38,327 nt of DNA from Promethearchaeota archaeon (GTDB lineage: Archaea > Asgardarchaeota > Lokiarchaeia > Sigyniarchaeales > SOKP01). Shown here piece after piece: positions 8,882 through 18,614 of this stretch (its first letter is position 1; the number at the start of each line of letters is the position of its first letter). The notes beneath the pieces were generated by a model. The model saw nothing but the letters and a program-made list of their open reading frames with translations. It had not been told where the DNA came from and ran no database searches. The stretch covers positions 1-38,327 of the forward strand of contig JAFGGO010000171.1 of assembly GCA_016930515.1 (NCBI GenBank), read 5' to 3'. The translations under genes were made by a program, and so were the position numbers.

Positions 8882-9229
8882 AGAGAATTATTTACCGGAG
8901 TTGCGAACGGGACTACCGCTTCTGTACCCTGGTCGGGACTAACCGAAGACACGACATATTCTTGGTATGTTATTGTTAACGATGAGGGAGAATCAACGCA
9001 ATCGTCAACTTGGTCTTTTACGACTGAATCGACAAGCTCTACTATTGATGATGGCGATGACGAAACCGAAATTGCAGACGAAGACATGGAGGATGAGAAT
9101 CCCGAAGAAAATAATCCCCATATAGAGGAAGAAACCATACCGGGATTCCCCATTGCCAATTTGTTGTTAATCATGTTTTTAGGATTGGCTGGAATTATCG
9201 TATCTTTAAGAAAAAATAGTCGTTTTTGA
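8882..9229 (+). pseudogene. 5'-truncated remnant of a surface protein: partial FN3-like domain, acidic linker, IPGF-TM-basic (Loki-CTERM/PGF-CTERM-like) sorting tail
   Basis: Open frame without a start codon at its 5' end: RELFTGVANGTTASVPWSGLTEDTTYSWYVIVND...WSFTT...EETIPGFPIANLLLIMFLGLAGIIVSLRKNSRF*. Not in the ORF track. Confidence 0.8.
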
Positions 9230-9276
9230 ATTTAGTTCTATTCTCAATTTTTTTATTTTTAATTCATATTTCTTTT

Positions 9277-12200
9277 TTAAAACTCTATCATATTTGACAT
9301 TTGAAGGATTTCCTTGAGTTTTTTCTTGTTGATAAAATATATACTTTTTTTCTTGCTTGAAATGACGCCGTATTCTTCGAGCTTGCTAATGTACTTCTTG
9401 ATCGTGTTGTAATGAATCCCTAATTCTCTAGATAATTCCGTGAGTTGACATCCCTTTGAATTTAACTCCAAATATTCTATTATCATCTTGCATTTACCAC
9501 GCGAAATAATATGCACGATTTGGGCGCTATGAAAAGACCCTTCGTTATCAAAATATGCTTTTCGATTGCCAATTTTCTCAGGCCTCACAAATTTAAACTT
9601 ATCCAACACGCTCAAATGCCATCTGATCACCGCACCGCTCATTTTTATCTTCTTTAAGAGCTTGTTAAAATGAATGCCGGGATTTTCTTGCACGCACTCA
9701 AAGATTTTTCTCCGATTATCATTTTTTAAAATATCAGTTCTTGACAAAATAGATCCCTCTACTAAGACATTTTTCTCGATGAGTGATTTCAATATTCTTT
9801 TAATTCCTTCCGAGTTAATGTTGATAGAGGCTCTGGAAAATCTCACTTTAAGATATGGAACGATGCTAATAGGGTCGAATTTCTTATGTTTTTCCATATG
9901 TTCCTGGATTAGTTCCAGCGCAAGCCCTTCGTAGACTATGACATCTTCTACTTCTTCGCGTTTTCTTTTTCGCACAACGGGAACGCTCTCTGTCTCGCCA
10001 TAAATAGTGTTTACTACTTTTACTCTCTCTTTCGGTAAAAACGATAACATCTCCCGGATAAAGTCTTCCTTGACCTGTCCCTTAAATCCAATATTATCCG
10101 TCGTGGTAAGGAATTCGCTTGAAACGATCGTGAGTGGTTTTTGTTTCAACAACGCAATGACTTCTGCGGGGATGTTCTCGTCAAAGGCCCTGAGCAATTC
10201 TTCCTTGTTGCTAAGCTTGTTTAAGATTTCCTTAGAGGACTTCGTTTGATTTCTATATTTTTCGTATTTATCATCCTTTTTCTTCTTATTTTTCGGTTTT
10301 TTTCGGTTTTTTAATTGTCGCTGAGCTAATTTACTTGCGAGTTTTGTCGTTTTTTTTGAACGATAAATAGTATATCCCGAAACGAGAGACACGGCACTAA
10401 CGGCACCTACACTAGCAAGAACGATGGTCACTATAAGCGCAGAATCGTCTTCACCATTGGGTTCTCCAGAACTTGAATACGACTTTATTAATTCTAGATC
10501 GCAAGTTCTTTGATTTCCCGCCATGTCTAAAACGAAGAATCTCACGATTATCGTGCCGTTTCCCATTTGATCCCAAGCAGCCTGGTCGATATAACCGTTC
10601 CACGCATATTCGGCAGTGTAATGAGCGCTATTCGTTGCGTTGATTAACATGTATTGAATCGATTCGATTCCACTTGGATCTGAAACGAAAATAGTAATAT
10701 CGCTTGCACTAGGGGCAATAATTCCATAGAGTTTTTCGTGTTCGGAGGTTATCACGATAATTTCTGGAGCAAAAATATCCTTCCTTATCATTATATCGGT
10801 CGTGCCTATATTACCAGAAGTGTCGTTTGCGTAAAATCGCACGATTATCGTGCCGTTTCCCATTAGATCCCAAGCAAATTGGTCGATATAGCCGTTCCAT
10901 GTATAGTTGGAGGTATGATGTGCGCTATTCGTTGCGTTGATAAGGACATACCATTGACCATCTATACCATCTAGAGCTGAAAATGATACATCAAAATCGT
11001 CTAAACCTGGAGCATCCATTGAAAATATCTCATTTTCCCATGGTTTTTTAATGTCAATAAAAACGAGATTATATATGCTTTTTCTTACGTGAATATCAGC
11101 GAAGCCTACATTACCTATCGTGTCGTTTGCGTAAAACCGCAAGATTATCGTGCCGTTTCCCATTTGATCCCAAGCAACTTGGTCGATATAGCCGTTCCAA
11201 GTATAGTTGGAGGTATGATGACTGCCATTTGTTACGTTGATTAACATGTACCATTCAGCATCGATTCCGCTAATATCTTCACTACTTACAGTACAATTGC
11301 TCGGTCCAGGAGCATCTAAGCCAAAAATATCATTTTCTTTAGGATTAATAGTGAAAATATTTGGAGATATGATATCTTTTCTGATAACAACTTCAATGAT
11401 GTTAAAGTAATCGTTTACATTATTAACGAAGAACTTGATTATTACGGTTCCGTTTCCCATCTGATTCCAGACAGATTGATTGATCGATCCATCCCAAGTA
11501 TGGTTGTCCGTAAATTGAGCACTATTCGTTGCATTAATCAGCATGTATTCTACTGGATCGGAATTTGGATAACCAACATATAAATCGATATTGGGGGGGC
11601 TCTTGCCAAATAGTTCGTAATTTGTTGGACTAGATAGAACAAGTAAGGGTGGAGAGCATATGGGATAATTATCAGTAATATTTCCTGATATGTAGGGTGT
11701 AGACCCAATTCCATCACCTCGATCTACGCCTGTATAATCGTGCCAATAGTTTCCAATTTCTCCATAATCCCATTTATTATAAGACGCGTTGTCTTCGGCA
11801 TTTATTCCGTTCTCAATGAAAAAATTATGATATATGGTGTTATTATTGCTGTTGTCGAGAAGTACAAGTCCATTATTTCCGTTGTATTGGATAATGTTTT
11901 GCGATATGGTATTTTCTCTGCTATATCTATCAATAAGCATTCCGTATAACGTATTGTTGCTAATCTCATTCTCCAGGACAAGGTTCTCGTCACATTGATC
12001 GGAAAAGACAATTCCGTTGTCTTGGTGAGAGGACCTAACATTACTTGCGCTGTTTCTAAGAATTGTATTTCCAGAAGATATGAGGAATCCAATTCCATAT
12101 TGATCATTGTCGTTCACGGTGTTATCGCTAATAGTGTTGTAATCGCATCTGTAATAGAAGTAAATTCCTCTCTCATCATTATTGCTTACATTATTGCTTG

Positions 12201-13920
12201 CGATCGTGTTATTATTATTACAGGTATAGAAATACATTCCGATTATGCAATCACTTACCTTATTTCCTGAAATTGTGTTCTGATCGCAATAAAATGAAAT
12301 GTATATTCCGATATCATCGAAACTTGAATCTTTGCCACTTATATTATTTTCCGAAATGGTGTTGTTCACGCAATAATTATCAAGGAGTATTCCCTTTCTC
12401 GTATTATTCGTTATTTTACATGCCGAAATCGTGTTATTTTCGCAATAATTTGATAAAGATATCCCACCAAGATCATTATCGTATATTACATTGCCTGAAA
12501 TATTATTCTCGTGACAATAATCTATCAAACTAATTCCATTATTATTATTGCTTACATTATTGTTCATAATTTTATTATTATTGCAATGTTTGTTCAAGGA
12601 TATTCCCACAATACCATCACTTAAAACATTTTCAGAGATGGTGTTGTTATCGCTTTTACCATTCAAATGTATGCCATATCCAGAAGGATAAATCTCTTCT
12701 TTATTTCTTACCATATTTCTCGATATATTGTTATGAGAACTTCCAAACAAGTAAATACCGGTGTAAACATCTGTTAGGGTTAATCCCGTGATCTCGGAAT
12801 AAGAGCAATTAATTAAAAATATTTGGGAAGCATTTTCGTATTCTCTTGGTCTTAGGCCCATTCGATCTACATAATAGTAAATAGGTTTTCCGTTTACAGT
12901 ATTTGTAGTATTGATGTCGTGAGTTCTTAAATCGGAAAGAGAGCCTTCAACTTTTAAGCCTCCTGATCTAAAAAATCGATTATTGTACAATATAGCCCTA
13001 TAAGAATCCCACAAGAAAACTCCAACATGGTTGTTGCTTCCATTATTCCCTGAAATGGTGTTATCATTACTGTAACATGAAATTAATAAGCCATAACCAT
13101 TACCATCCATCGTATTATTAATGATATTGTTAGAATTACTATGATCGGCAATCCCCACTCCAAAATTTGAATTATTAAAAACTTTATTTTCCGATACATT
13201 GTTATTGTCACAATTTCCAAGCAAGCCTATCCCGTGATCTATATTTGAAATCCCACCATCTGCAATGTTTCCAAAAATGGTATTGTCGTCGCAATTATTT
13301 AGCAGTGTTATGCCACCATATTCATTAGCATTTGCCATGTTGTTTACAATAGTGTTGTTATCGCAATAATCCATTACAAATATTCCACTAAAATCATTGA
13401 TATTTGCCGTGTTGTTTGTGATTGTATTGTTATCCGAGTTGTTATACAATGCTATACCACATCCTTGATTGTTTTCACAAGTATTATTCATAATTCTCGC
13501 ATTTGAAACATTCACGAGTTCAATACCTGCGTAATAGTCGTAATCGTCGCCACGCCTACCTGAGTTAGTTAAAGAACAGTTCCGAATGATAAAATACGCT
13601 CTTGAATTTCTTATTTCTATGCAAGAACTATCATCACCACCATCAATAACGAGGTCCTCAATGATATAAGGGCTTGCAAGAGTACCATTACCGCTACACC
13701 ATGTTTGATTGGACGCCCAACTCCAGTTTATCAAGCTCCCTGGAAGATCGTCGATGACGAAGTCTTCCATTACGACGGAAGATTTTAGAAAACCTTCTTC
13801 TTTTACATCAATATCAGTATTAAATTTCTTAGAATCCTGTCCTTGCAAAACGATTGCGCAAAAAAACAATACAAAAAATAATGTAATGTATACTTTTATT
13901 TTATCATGTCGATCATGCAT
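9277..13920 (-). CDS. Single-pass membrane protein: signal peptide, NosD/parallel beta-helix repeats, four Ig-like repeats, TM helix, cytosolic tandem winged-helix (COG3398-like) domains
   Basis: N-terminal hydrophobic segment, many NNTISxN/GI repeats, GNYWHDY cap, ~99-aa repeats, TM ALIVTIVLASVGAVSAVSLVSGYTIY followed by a Lys-rich stretch, then NRRKIFECVQENPGIHF...WHLSVL and QLTELSRELGIHYNTIKKYISKLEEYG. Confidence 0.85.
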   Translation of the reverse strand: MHDRHDKIKVYITLFFVLFFCAIVLQGQDSKKFNTDIDVKEEGFLKSSVVMEDFVIDDLPGSLINWSWASNQTWCSGNGTLASPYIIEDLVIDGGDDSSCIEIRNSRAYFIIRNCSLTNSGRRGDDYDYYAGIELVNVSNARIMNNTCENNQGCGIALYNNSDNNTITNNTANINDFSGIFVMDYCDNNTIVNNMANANEYGGITLLNNCDDNTIFGNIADGGISNIDHGIGLLGNCDNNNVSENKVFNNSNFGVGIADHSNSNNIINNTMDGNGYGLLISCYSNDNTISGNNGSNNHVGVFLWDSYRAILYNNRFFRSGGLKVEGSLSDLRTHDINTTNTVNGKPIYYYVDRMGLRPREYENASQIFLINCSYSEITGLTLTDVYTGIYLFGSSHNNISRNMVRNKEEIYPSGYGIHLNGKSDNNTISENVLSDGIVGISLNKHCNNNKIMNNNVSNNNNGISLIDYCHENNISGNVIYDNDLGGISLSNYCENNTISACKITNNTRKGILLDNYCVNNTISENNISGKDSSFDDIGIYISFYCDQNTISGNKVSDCIIGMYFYTCNNNNTIASNNVSNNDERGIYFYYRCDYNTISDNTVNDNDQYGIGFLISSGNTILRNSASNVRSSHQDNGIVFSDQCDENLVLENEISNNTLYGMLIDRYSRENTISQNIIQYNGNNGLVLLDNSNNNTIYHNFFIENGINAEDNASYNKWDYGEIGNYWHDYTGVDRGDGIGSTPYISGNITDNYPICSPPLLVLSSPTNYELFGKSPPNIDLYVGYPNSDPVEYMLINATNSAQFTDNHTWDGSINQSVWNQMGNGTVIIKFFVNNVNDYFNIIEVVIRKDIISPNIFTINPKENDIFGLDAPGPSNCTVSSEDISGIDAEWYMLINVTNGSHHTSNYTWNGYIDQVAWDQMGNGTIILRFYANDTIGNVGFADIHVRKSIYNLVFIDIKKPWENEIFSMDAPGLDDFDVSFSALDGIDGQWYVLINATNSAHHTSNYTWNGYIDQFAWDLMGNGTIIVRFYANDTSGNIGTTDIMIRKDIFAPEIIVITSEHEKLYGIIAPSASDITIFVSDPSGIESIQYMLINATNSAHYTAEYAWNGYIDQAAWDQMGNGTIIVRFFVLDMAGNQRTCDLELIKSYSSSGEPNGEDDSALIVTIVLASVGAVSAVSLVSGYTIYRSKKTTKLASKLAQRQLKNRKKPKNKKKKDDKYEKYRNQTKSSKEILNKLSNKEELLRAFDENIPAEVIALLKQKPLTIVSSEFLTTTDNIGFKGQVKEDFIREMLSFLPKERVKVVNTIYGETESVPVVRKRKREEVEDVIVYEGLALELIQEHMEKHKKFDPISIVPYLKVRFSRASININSEGIKRILKSLIEKNVLVEGSILSRTDILKNDNRRKIFECVQENPGIHFNKLLKKIKMSGAVIRWHLSVLDKFKFVRPEKIGNRKAYFDNEGSFHSAQIVHIISRGKCKMIIEYLELNSKGCQLTELSRELGIHYNTIKKYISKLEEYGVISSKKKSIYFINKKKLKEILQMSNMIEF
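10480..11640 (-). repeat. Four tandem ~297-300 bp intragenic repeats encoding Ig-like modules (boundaries approximate)
   Basis: gattatcgtgccgtttcccat recurs near 10546, 10843 and 11143 with a diverged copy near 11441; protein motif Y(M/V)LINATNSA...WNGYIDQxAWDQMGNGTIIVRF. Confidence 0.85.
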
Positions 13921-14278
13921 TTCTATTAGCCCTCTGGGTTATTTTTAATTTTTTCAAAAAAGTCAAAAAGCCCTTGATTGAATTAATCTTTTTTTTTTTA
14001 AAATTAAAAAGCATTTGAAATTTGCTCTATTTTTTTAAACCAATTTTATTGCATTAAATTTAACACAAGCAAGGCGATATTTAAAAGGATATAGCATGAA
14101 ATTGAAATTTCAAAAATCTTAAAACTAGCTTGATGCACCTATTTATTGCCAAACTTCTATTAGAACGAAGGAAATTGACGATATTTTAAAGAAAGATATA
14201 ATTTCATTCTTTTTATTCTTTTGAAAGGATTTTCTTGACTTATTTGAATTATAAATCGTAAATGAGTTCGTTATCAAA

Positions 14279-14317
14279 TTGCTCGAAGGATACGAAAATT
14301 TAAAAAGACTTTTTTAA
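14279..14317 (+). repeat. 39-bp imperfect direct repeat, copy 2 (orphan 3' end of a UPF0175-like gene)
   Basis: ttgctcgaaggatacgaaaatttaaaaagacttttttaa encodes LLEGYENLKRLF*, versus LLEGYENFKNLF* in copy 1. Confidence 0.85.
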
Positions 14318-14595
14318 TAAGCAAATCATTAAATTAAGAAAATTCAAACCACGATTCTGAGTGGCGTGAAAGTGAAGAAATTATTAGATCATGACAGCCA
14401 AGATGAATTTGAAATAGAGATTAGCGGTAATTCATCTGGAGTGGAAACATCCACTTTTTATAAAAATTTAATCCATTGTTATGATGAAAATTTAAAAAAG
14501 ATTTTTTGAATTGATAGCAGCGCTACAATTCATTCCTAATTTCAATAAGAGAGACTTATAGCTGAAAAATCAAAAGGATGAGTAATGTAAATAAC

Positions 14596-15861
14596 TTACT
14601 TCGCTTCGGGAAGTAAAACTACGAAATTGCTTCCGAGGGAATGGTCTCCTTCAACCTTGTCCTCTACCCATATTTCTCCGTTGTAGAGATCAATTAATTT
14701 AACGATGAACGAAAGTCCAAGCCCCATTCCTTCAGATTGATCGTTTTTAATTTTTTTCGACTCGATAAAAATTTCCTTTTTTTGATTCTCAGGAATTCCA
14801 ACGCCGTTATCTCTAAATTCAAACCTGACAATATTTTGGTTTTGTTTTTTTTCCAACAGTGTTTTAATTTCAATTTCGATCTTGTCGTTAATATTATGGC
14901 GTATGGCGTTTATCAGGATGTTTTCGAAAACGTCAACAAGTAATTCGTTCGCTAAGACGTGAACTTCCTTTATTGTAGTATTAATTTTTATTTCTAATTC
15001 TTTTTCATGGAAATTTTTAGATACAAACGAGATGGCGCTGTTTAGAAAAGTTATTACTTCAATAGGACGAACCTCCATGCCAGATTTTTCAATTTGAGAT
15101 AAATTATGAATGTCGTTTACTAATTTTTCTCCACGACAAATTTGAGCATTTATTAGGTCGAAATATTCGAGGAATTCATCTTTGTTAAAGATATTTTTAT
15201 CTAGAAGCGATTCGCATAGCTGAACAGCCATTCTAATAGAGTGAAACATGTTATTAATATCGTGAGTAAATAATCCCTTAAAACAACTGGCTCTATCGTA
15301 AGCCTGGCGATACATTTCTTCAGACTTCTCTAATTTAATGGTTCTTTTTCTAATTCTTTTTTCTAATTCTTTTTTCAAGGATTTTAAAGTTAGTTCAGTT
15401 TTTTTTTGTTTAGTGATATCTCGGATAAAAACTTGTATTAATGTTTCGTTTCTCAATTTAACTAACGACGATTCTAAACTGATCCATAAAGGTTTACCAT
15501 CTCCTCTCGAAATCTGGAACTCCAATGGGCTTAAAAGGTTTCCCTTTACAATTTGTTGAAATCTAGATTGAAATATCGTTTGCAGATTTGAAAATTTAGA
15601 ATCTCCCTTAGTTGAGAACATTTTAATCACATCAGCAAAATGTTTTCCTACTAAATCTCCTTTTTTGAATATTGCCAGGAATTTATTCATTGTTTCGTTA
15701 CAATCAACAATAATTCCATTGTAATTAACCAACCATATCCCATATGGTACGGAATTAAATAAATGACGATATTTCTCTTCTAACTCGTTAATCTTTAATT
15801 CTGATGACTTTTTCTCATCATTATCTTCTTTTTCGTATTTTGAAAACCCTTCATCGTACAT
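14596..15861 (-). CDS. Cytosolic PAS-domain sensor histidine kinase
   Basis: PAS/PAC (YRHLFNSVPYGI...IRDIT), H-box FTHDINN, N-box FENILINAIRH, G1 DNGVGI, G2 GMGLGL. Confidence 0.92.
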   Translation of the reverse strand: MYDEGFSKYEKEDNDEKKSSELKINELEEKYRHLFNSVPYGIWLVNYNGIIVDCNETMNKFLAIFKKGDLVGKHFADVIKMFSTKGDSKFSNLQTIFQSRFQQIVKGNLLSPLEFQISRGDGKPLWISLESSLVKLRNETLIQVFIRDITKQKKTELTLKSLKKELEKRIRKRTIKLEKSEEMYRQAYDRASCFKGLFTHDINNMFHSIRMAVQLCESLLDKNIFNKDEFLEYFDLINAQICRGEKLVNDIHNLSQIEKSGMEVRPIEVITFLNSAISFVSKNFHEKELEIKINTTIKEVHVLANELLVDVFENILINAIRHNINDKIEIEIKTLLEKKQNQNIVRFEFRDNGVGIPENQKKEIFIESKKIKNDQSEGMGLGLSFIVKLIDLYNGEIWVEDKVEGDHSLGSNFVVLLPEAK

Positions 15862-15867
15862 GGAGGC

Positions 15868-15900
15868 TCACCCATATTTTCCATACAATATTTTATATAA
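15868..15900 (-). promoter_or_regulatory. Putative archaeal TATA box and Shine-Dalgarno site for the histidine kinase
   Basis: Minus strand reads TTATATAAAA (15900-15891) and GGTGA (15872-15868) just before ATG 15861. The TATA call is weak in such AT-rich DNA. Confidence 0.4.
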
Positions 15901-16063
15901 AATTAATTATCATATTTATGTAAATCCCATCTGGGACTGATAACGAGTTTTCTTCATGATTTTTTTGAAATTTATCTTCAAATAAGATTAATTATAGTTT
16001 TTAACCGCATTATTCTTAAATTAAGGATTTAACTTCACAATAAAAGAAAGATGGTTTAAAGAA

Positions 16064-16540
16064 ATGTATAAAAAAATTTTATTAGGAATGGACGGATCTG
16101 AAGACGCAAAACGAGCTGCTTTAAAAGTAATTGGTCTTTGTGAGTCAAGACCTTCAGAAATCGTAGTTTTTCACTCTTACATGCATCGAATCATCCCCCA
16201 AACGCATCCAATCTTGGTCTCTCCAATAACTCCCACTTATTATACTATACCAGAACCAGATTATGGGCAAGTCCAAGAATTATATAGACGGGAAGGACAA
16301 AAAATTCTTAAAAAAGCGGAAATGCTTTTTAATAGCGCAAACATCGATGTAGAAACGAGATTAATAGAAGACGAAGAGCCAGAGGATTATATTCTGAGGA
16401 TTTCGGAAGAACAAGATTTTGATTTGGTTGTTCTGGGATGTAAAGGTCATCACTCCAAGATACATCAAATCTTCATGGGATCTGTTGCGCAAAAAGTCTT
16501 GAATAGTGCCACGAAGGCAGACATTCTTATTGTAAGATGA
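16064..16540 (+). CDS. Universal stress protein (UspA family)
   Basis: MYKKILLGMDGSEDAKRA, DLVVLGCKGH, MGSVAQKVL, ILIVR. Confidence 0.93.
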   Translation: MYKKILLGMDGSEDAKRAALKVIGLCESRPSEIVVFHSYMHRIIPQTHPILVSPITPTYYTIPEPDYGQVQELYRREGQKILKKAEMLFNSANIDVETRLIEDEEPEDYILRISEEQDFDLVVLGCKGHHSKIHQIFMGSVAQKVLNSATKADILIVR

Positions 16541-16804
16541 TTTATTCTGGCAAATTCAAGATCATTTTTCAGTTTTTTTGATATTGGTGATTTTAAAGGA
16601 TAAAGCATTATTTTTAGTTTTAAGTACATACTTTTTACAAAAATAAAGGTAGGTAGTATAAGAACGATTCAAATTTTTTGTGACAATAATCTTCGTCATT
16701 AATAAAAGAAGGTTTAATTTTGCTGTTTTGAGTAATTTTTTGTTATATTAACATTCGAAAATTTAAAAATAATAGACCTTCTATTCTGAAGGGTCATTTC
16801 ACGA

Positions 16805-18364
16805 TCATATCGAGATTGCAATCCTTTTTTTTTTTAGCTGTTTTACTAAAGATCTTGCTTTCGAATCCAAAGGATTACCCGATAAATATACACCATTAAG
16901 AGAGCTCATTGTTGTCATCGATTCGGGTAGGCTAGTCAAGTTGTTGTTTTCAACTTGAAGGTAAGCAAGAGATTTCAAGTTACTTATGGAATCAGGCAGT
17001 GTTGAAATCTTATTATTTCCTAAATAAAGTCCGTAAAGGTTGTCAAGGGTTTCTAGGGTTGTATTGGATTCAGTAAGATTTGTTAGCTGGTTATTATTGA
17101 GCGATAAGGTTATCAACGAAGAAAGATTACCAATGGATTCGGGAAGATCCGAGATTTCATTGCAATGGAGGTGAAGAAAGGCTAGTGATTTTAAGTTTCC
17201 AACAGAATTAGGGAGGGATCTTAATTGATTATTATATAGGGATAATTCTTTTAATGACATGAGGCGTCCTATCGAATCTGGAAGGCATTCTAATAAATTA
17301 TCGTTAAGTCTTAAGATTTGTAGCGATTTAAGGTTTCCAAAGCATTCTGGGAGGAATCGGAGGGGATTGTTATACAATGATAATTTCTTAAGCGAGCAAA
17401 GGGCTCCAAAAGATTCTGGGAGCGTTATTAATTTATTATCATATAAAAGCAATTCAGTGAGCGAAGATAGTCGTCCTATAGATTCTGGAAGAGATGAAAG
17501 AGAATTTCTACTCAAATCTAATTCTTTAAGCGAAGTTAGGGCGCCAAACGATTCGGGAAGTATTTTAAGTAGATTGCCAGATAATCGTAAAAATTGAAGG
17601 GATTGTAAGTTCCCAAAGGAATCAGGAAGATGTGTCAATTTATTATTGTATAAGGGAAACATTCTCAGGGAATATAGATTCCCAACTGATTCTGGGAGCG
17701 CCTCTAGCTGATTATTGCATAAATTGAGTGTCTGAAGAGAAGTTAGGTTTCCAATAGACTTGGGAAGCGTTTTGAGCCTGTTATGACACGAATTAAGATT
17801 CTGAAGAGAACAAAGATTACCGATGGATTTCGGGAGTTCTGAAAGACAGTTCAAGCTTAAATCGAGGATTGCAAGCGATTTTAAATGTCCAATAGTATCG
17901 GGAAGCGATTCAAGTAAATTATCTCTTAATGAAAGCGAAACGAGTGATTGGAGCTTGCCGATCGATTCAGGAAGTCTTGTGAGCCTGTTTTCCCGTAGGA
18001 TTAAGCGTTTTAGCTTGTAAAGCTTTCCTAAAGACTCCGGGAGAGTTATTATTCTGGTTTTTAGCAATCGTAGTTCTTGCAAGGACGATAAATTTCCTAT
18101 TGATTCAGGAAGCGAAGAGAGCTTGCACCTATGCAATCCAATACCCGTGACATTTCCGAGATTATCGACTGAAAATCCCATTTGGCCGTCATGCTCTACC
18201 GTGTTTACGATGTTAAAAGCCTTTCCCGAAAGTTTCTCGAGGTCTTGAAGAGCAATCGCTTCCAGTCGAGGAATCTGAGCACCTTGGAAGGATCGCATCG
18301 AATCGTTTTTCTTTTTTACTTCGCTATAATGGTTTTCTGTTTTTTCTGGTTCGTACTTCTTCAT
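16805..18364 (-). CDS. Leucine-rich repeat protein (about 18 repeats, mostly 23 aa)
   Basis: Repeated LxxLPxSIGxLxSLxxLxLxxNx units, an N-cap and a C-cap LSGNPL; no signal peptide or TM seen. Confidence 0.93.
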   Translation of the reverse strand: MKKYEPEKTENHYSEVKKKNDSMRSFQGAQIPRLEAIALQDLEKLSGKAFNIVNTVEHDGQMGFSVDNLGNVTGIGLHRCKLSSLPESIGNLSSLQELRLLKTRIITLPESLGKLYKLKRLILRENRLTRLPESIGKLQSLVSLSLRDNLLESLPDTIGHLKSLAILDLSLNCLSELPKSIGNLCSLQNLNSCHNRLKTLPKSIGNLTSLQTLNLCNNQLEALPESVGNLYSLRMFPLYNNKLTHLPDSFGNLQSLQFLRLSGNLLKILPESFGALTSLKELDLSRNSLSSLPESIGRLSSLTELLLYDNKLITLPESFGALCSLKKLSLYNNPLRFLPECFGNLKSLQILRLNDNLLECLPDSIGRLMSLKELSLYNNQLRSLPNSVGNLKSLAFLHLHCNEISDLPESIGNLSSLITLSLNNNQLTNLTESNTTLETLDNLYGLYLGNNKISTLPDSISNLKSLAYLQVENNNLTSLPESMTTMSSLNGVYLSGNPLDSKARSLVKQLKKKRIAISI

Positions 18365-18614
18365 TTGATCGCATCCTCGCCTCGTTCGCGCGCCGCCAGG
18401 ATCTTATTTAACCTTAGATGGTATTTTTATTATATGTCCCGACAATTTTTAAAGGTATTTCCTTGCATCGCTTGTGGGCAAATGATTATATAAGATGACA
18501 CATGATGCAAATAATTAAGAGTAATCATTAATCCCAATAAAATGCTTAAAATAATGGAGAATCAAAGTTTTTTTTTGTTGATATAGAAATTGAAAGAATA
18601 ATATATATTCAAGC

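Noticed and set aside
8878-9174. 98-aa Ser-rich minus-strand ORF
   Set aside because: Antisense shadow of the plus-strand surface-protein remnant.
8126-9229. Readthrough polyprotein VapC-UPF0175-FN3 (all in one frame)
   Set aside because: It would need three stop readthroughs (TAG, TAG, TAA) joining unrelated cytosolic and extracellular domains; a shared frame is plausible by chance.
9277-13920. nosD / nitrous-oxide reductase accessory function for the beta-helix proteins
   Set aside because: Only the generic beta-helix repeat is shared; there are no nosZ/F/Y genes and the architectures are receptor-like.
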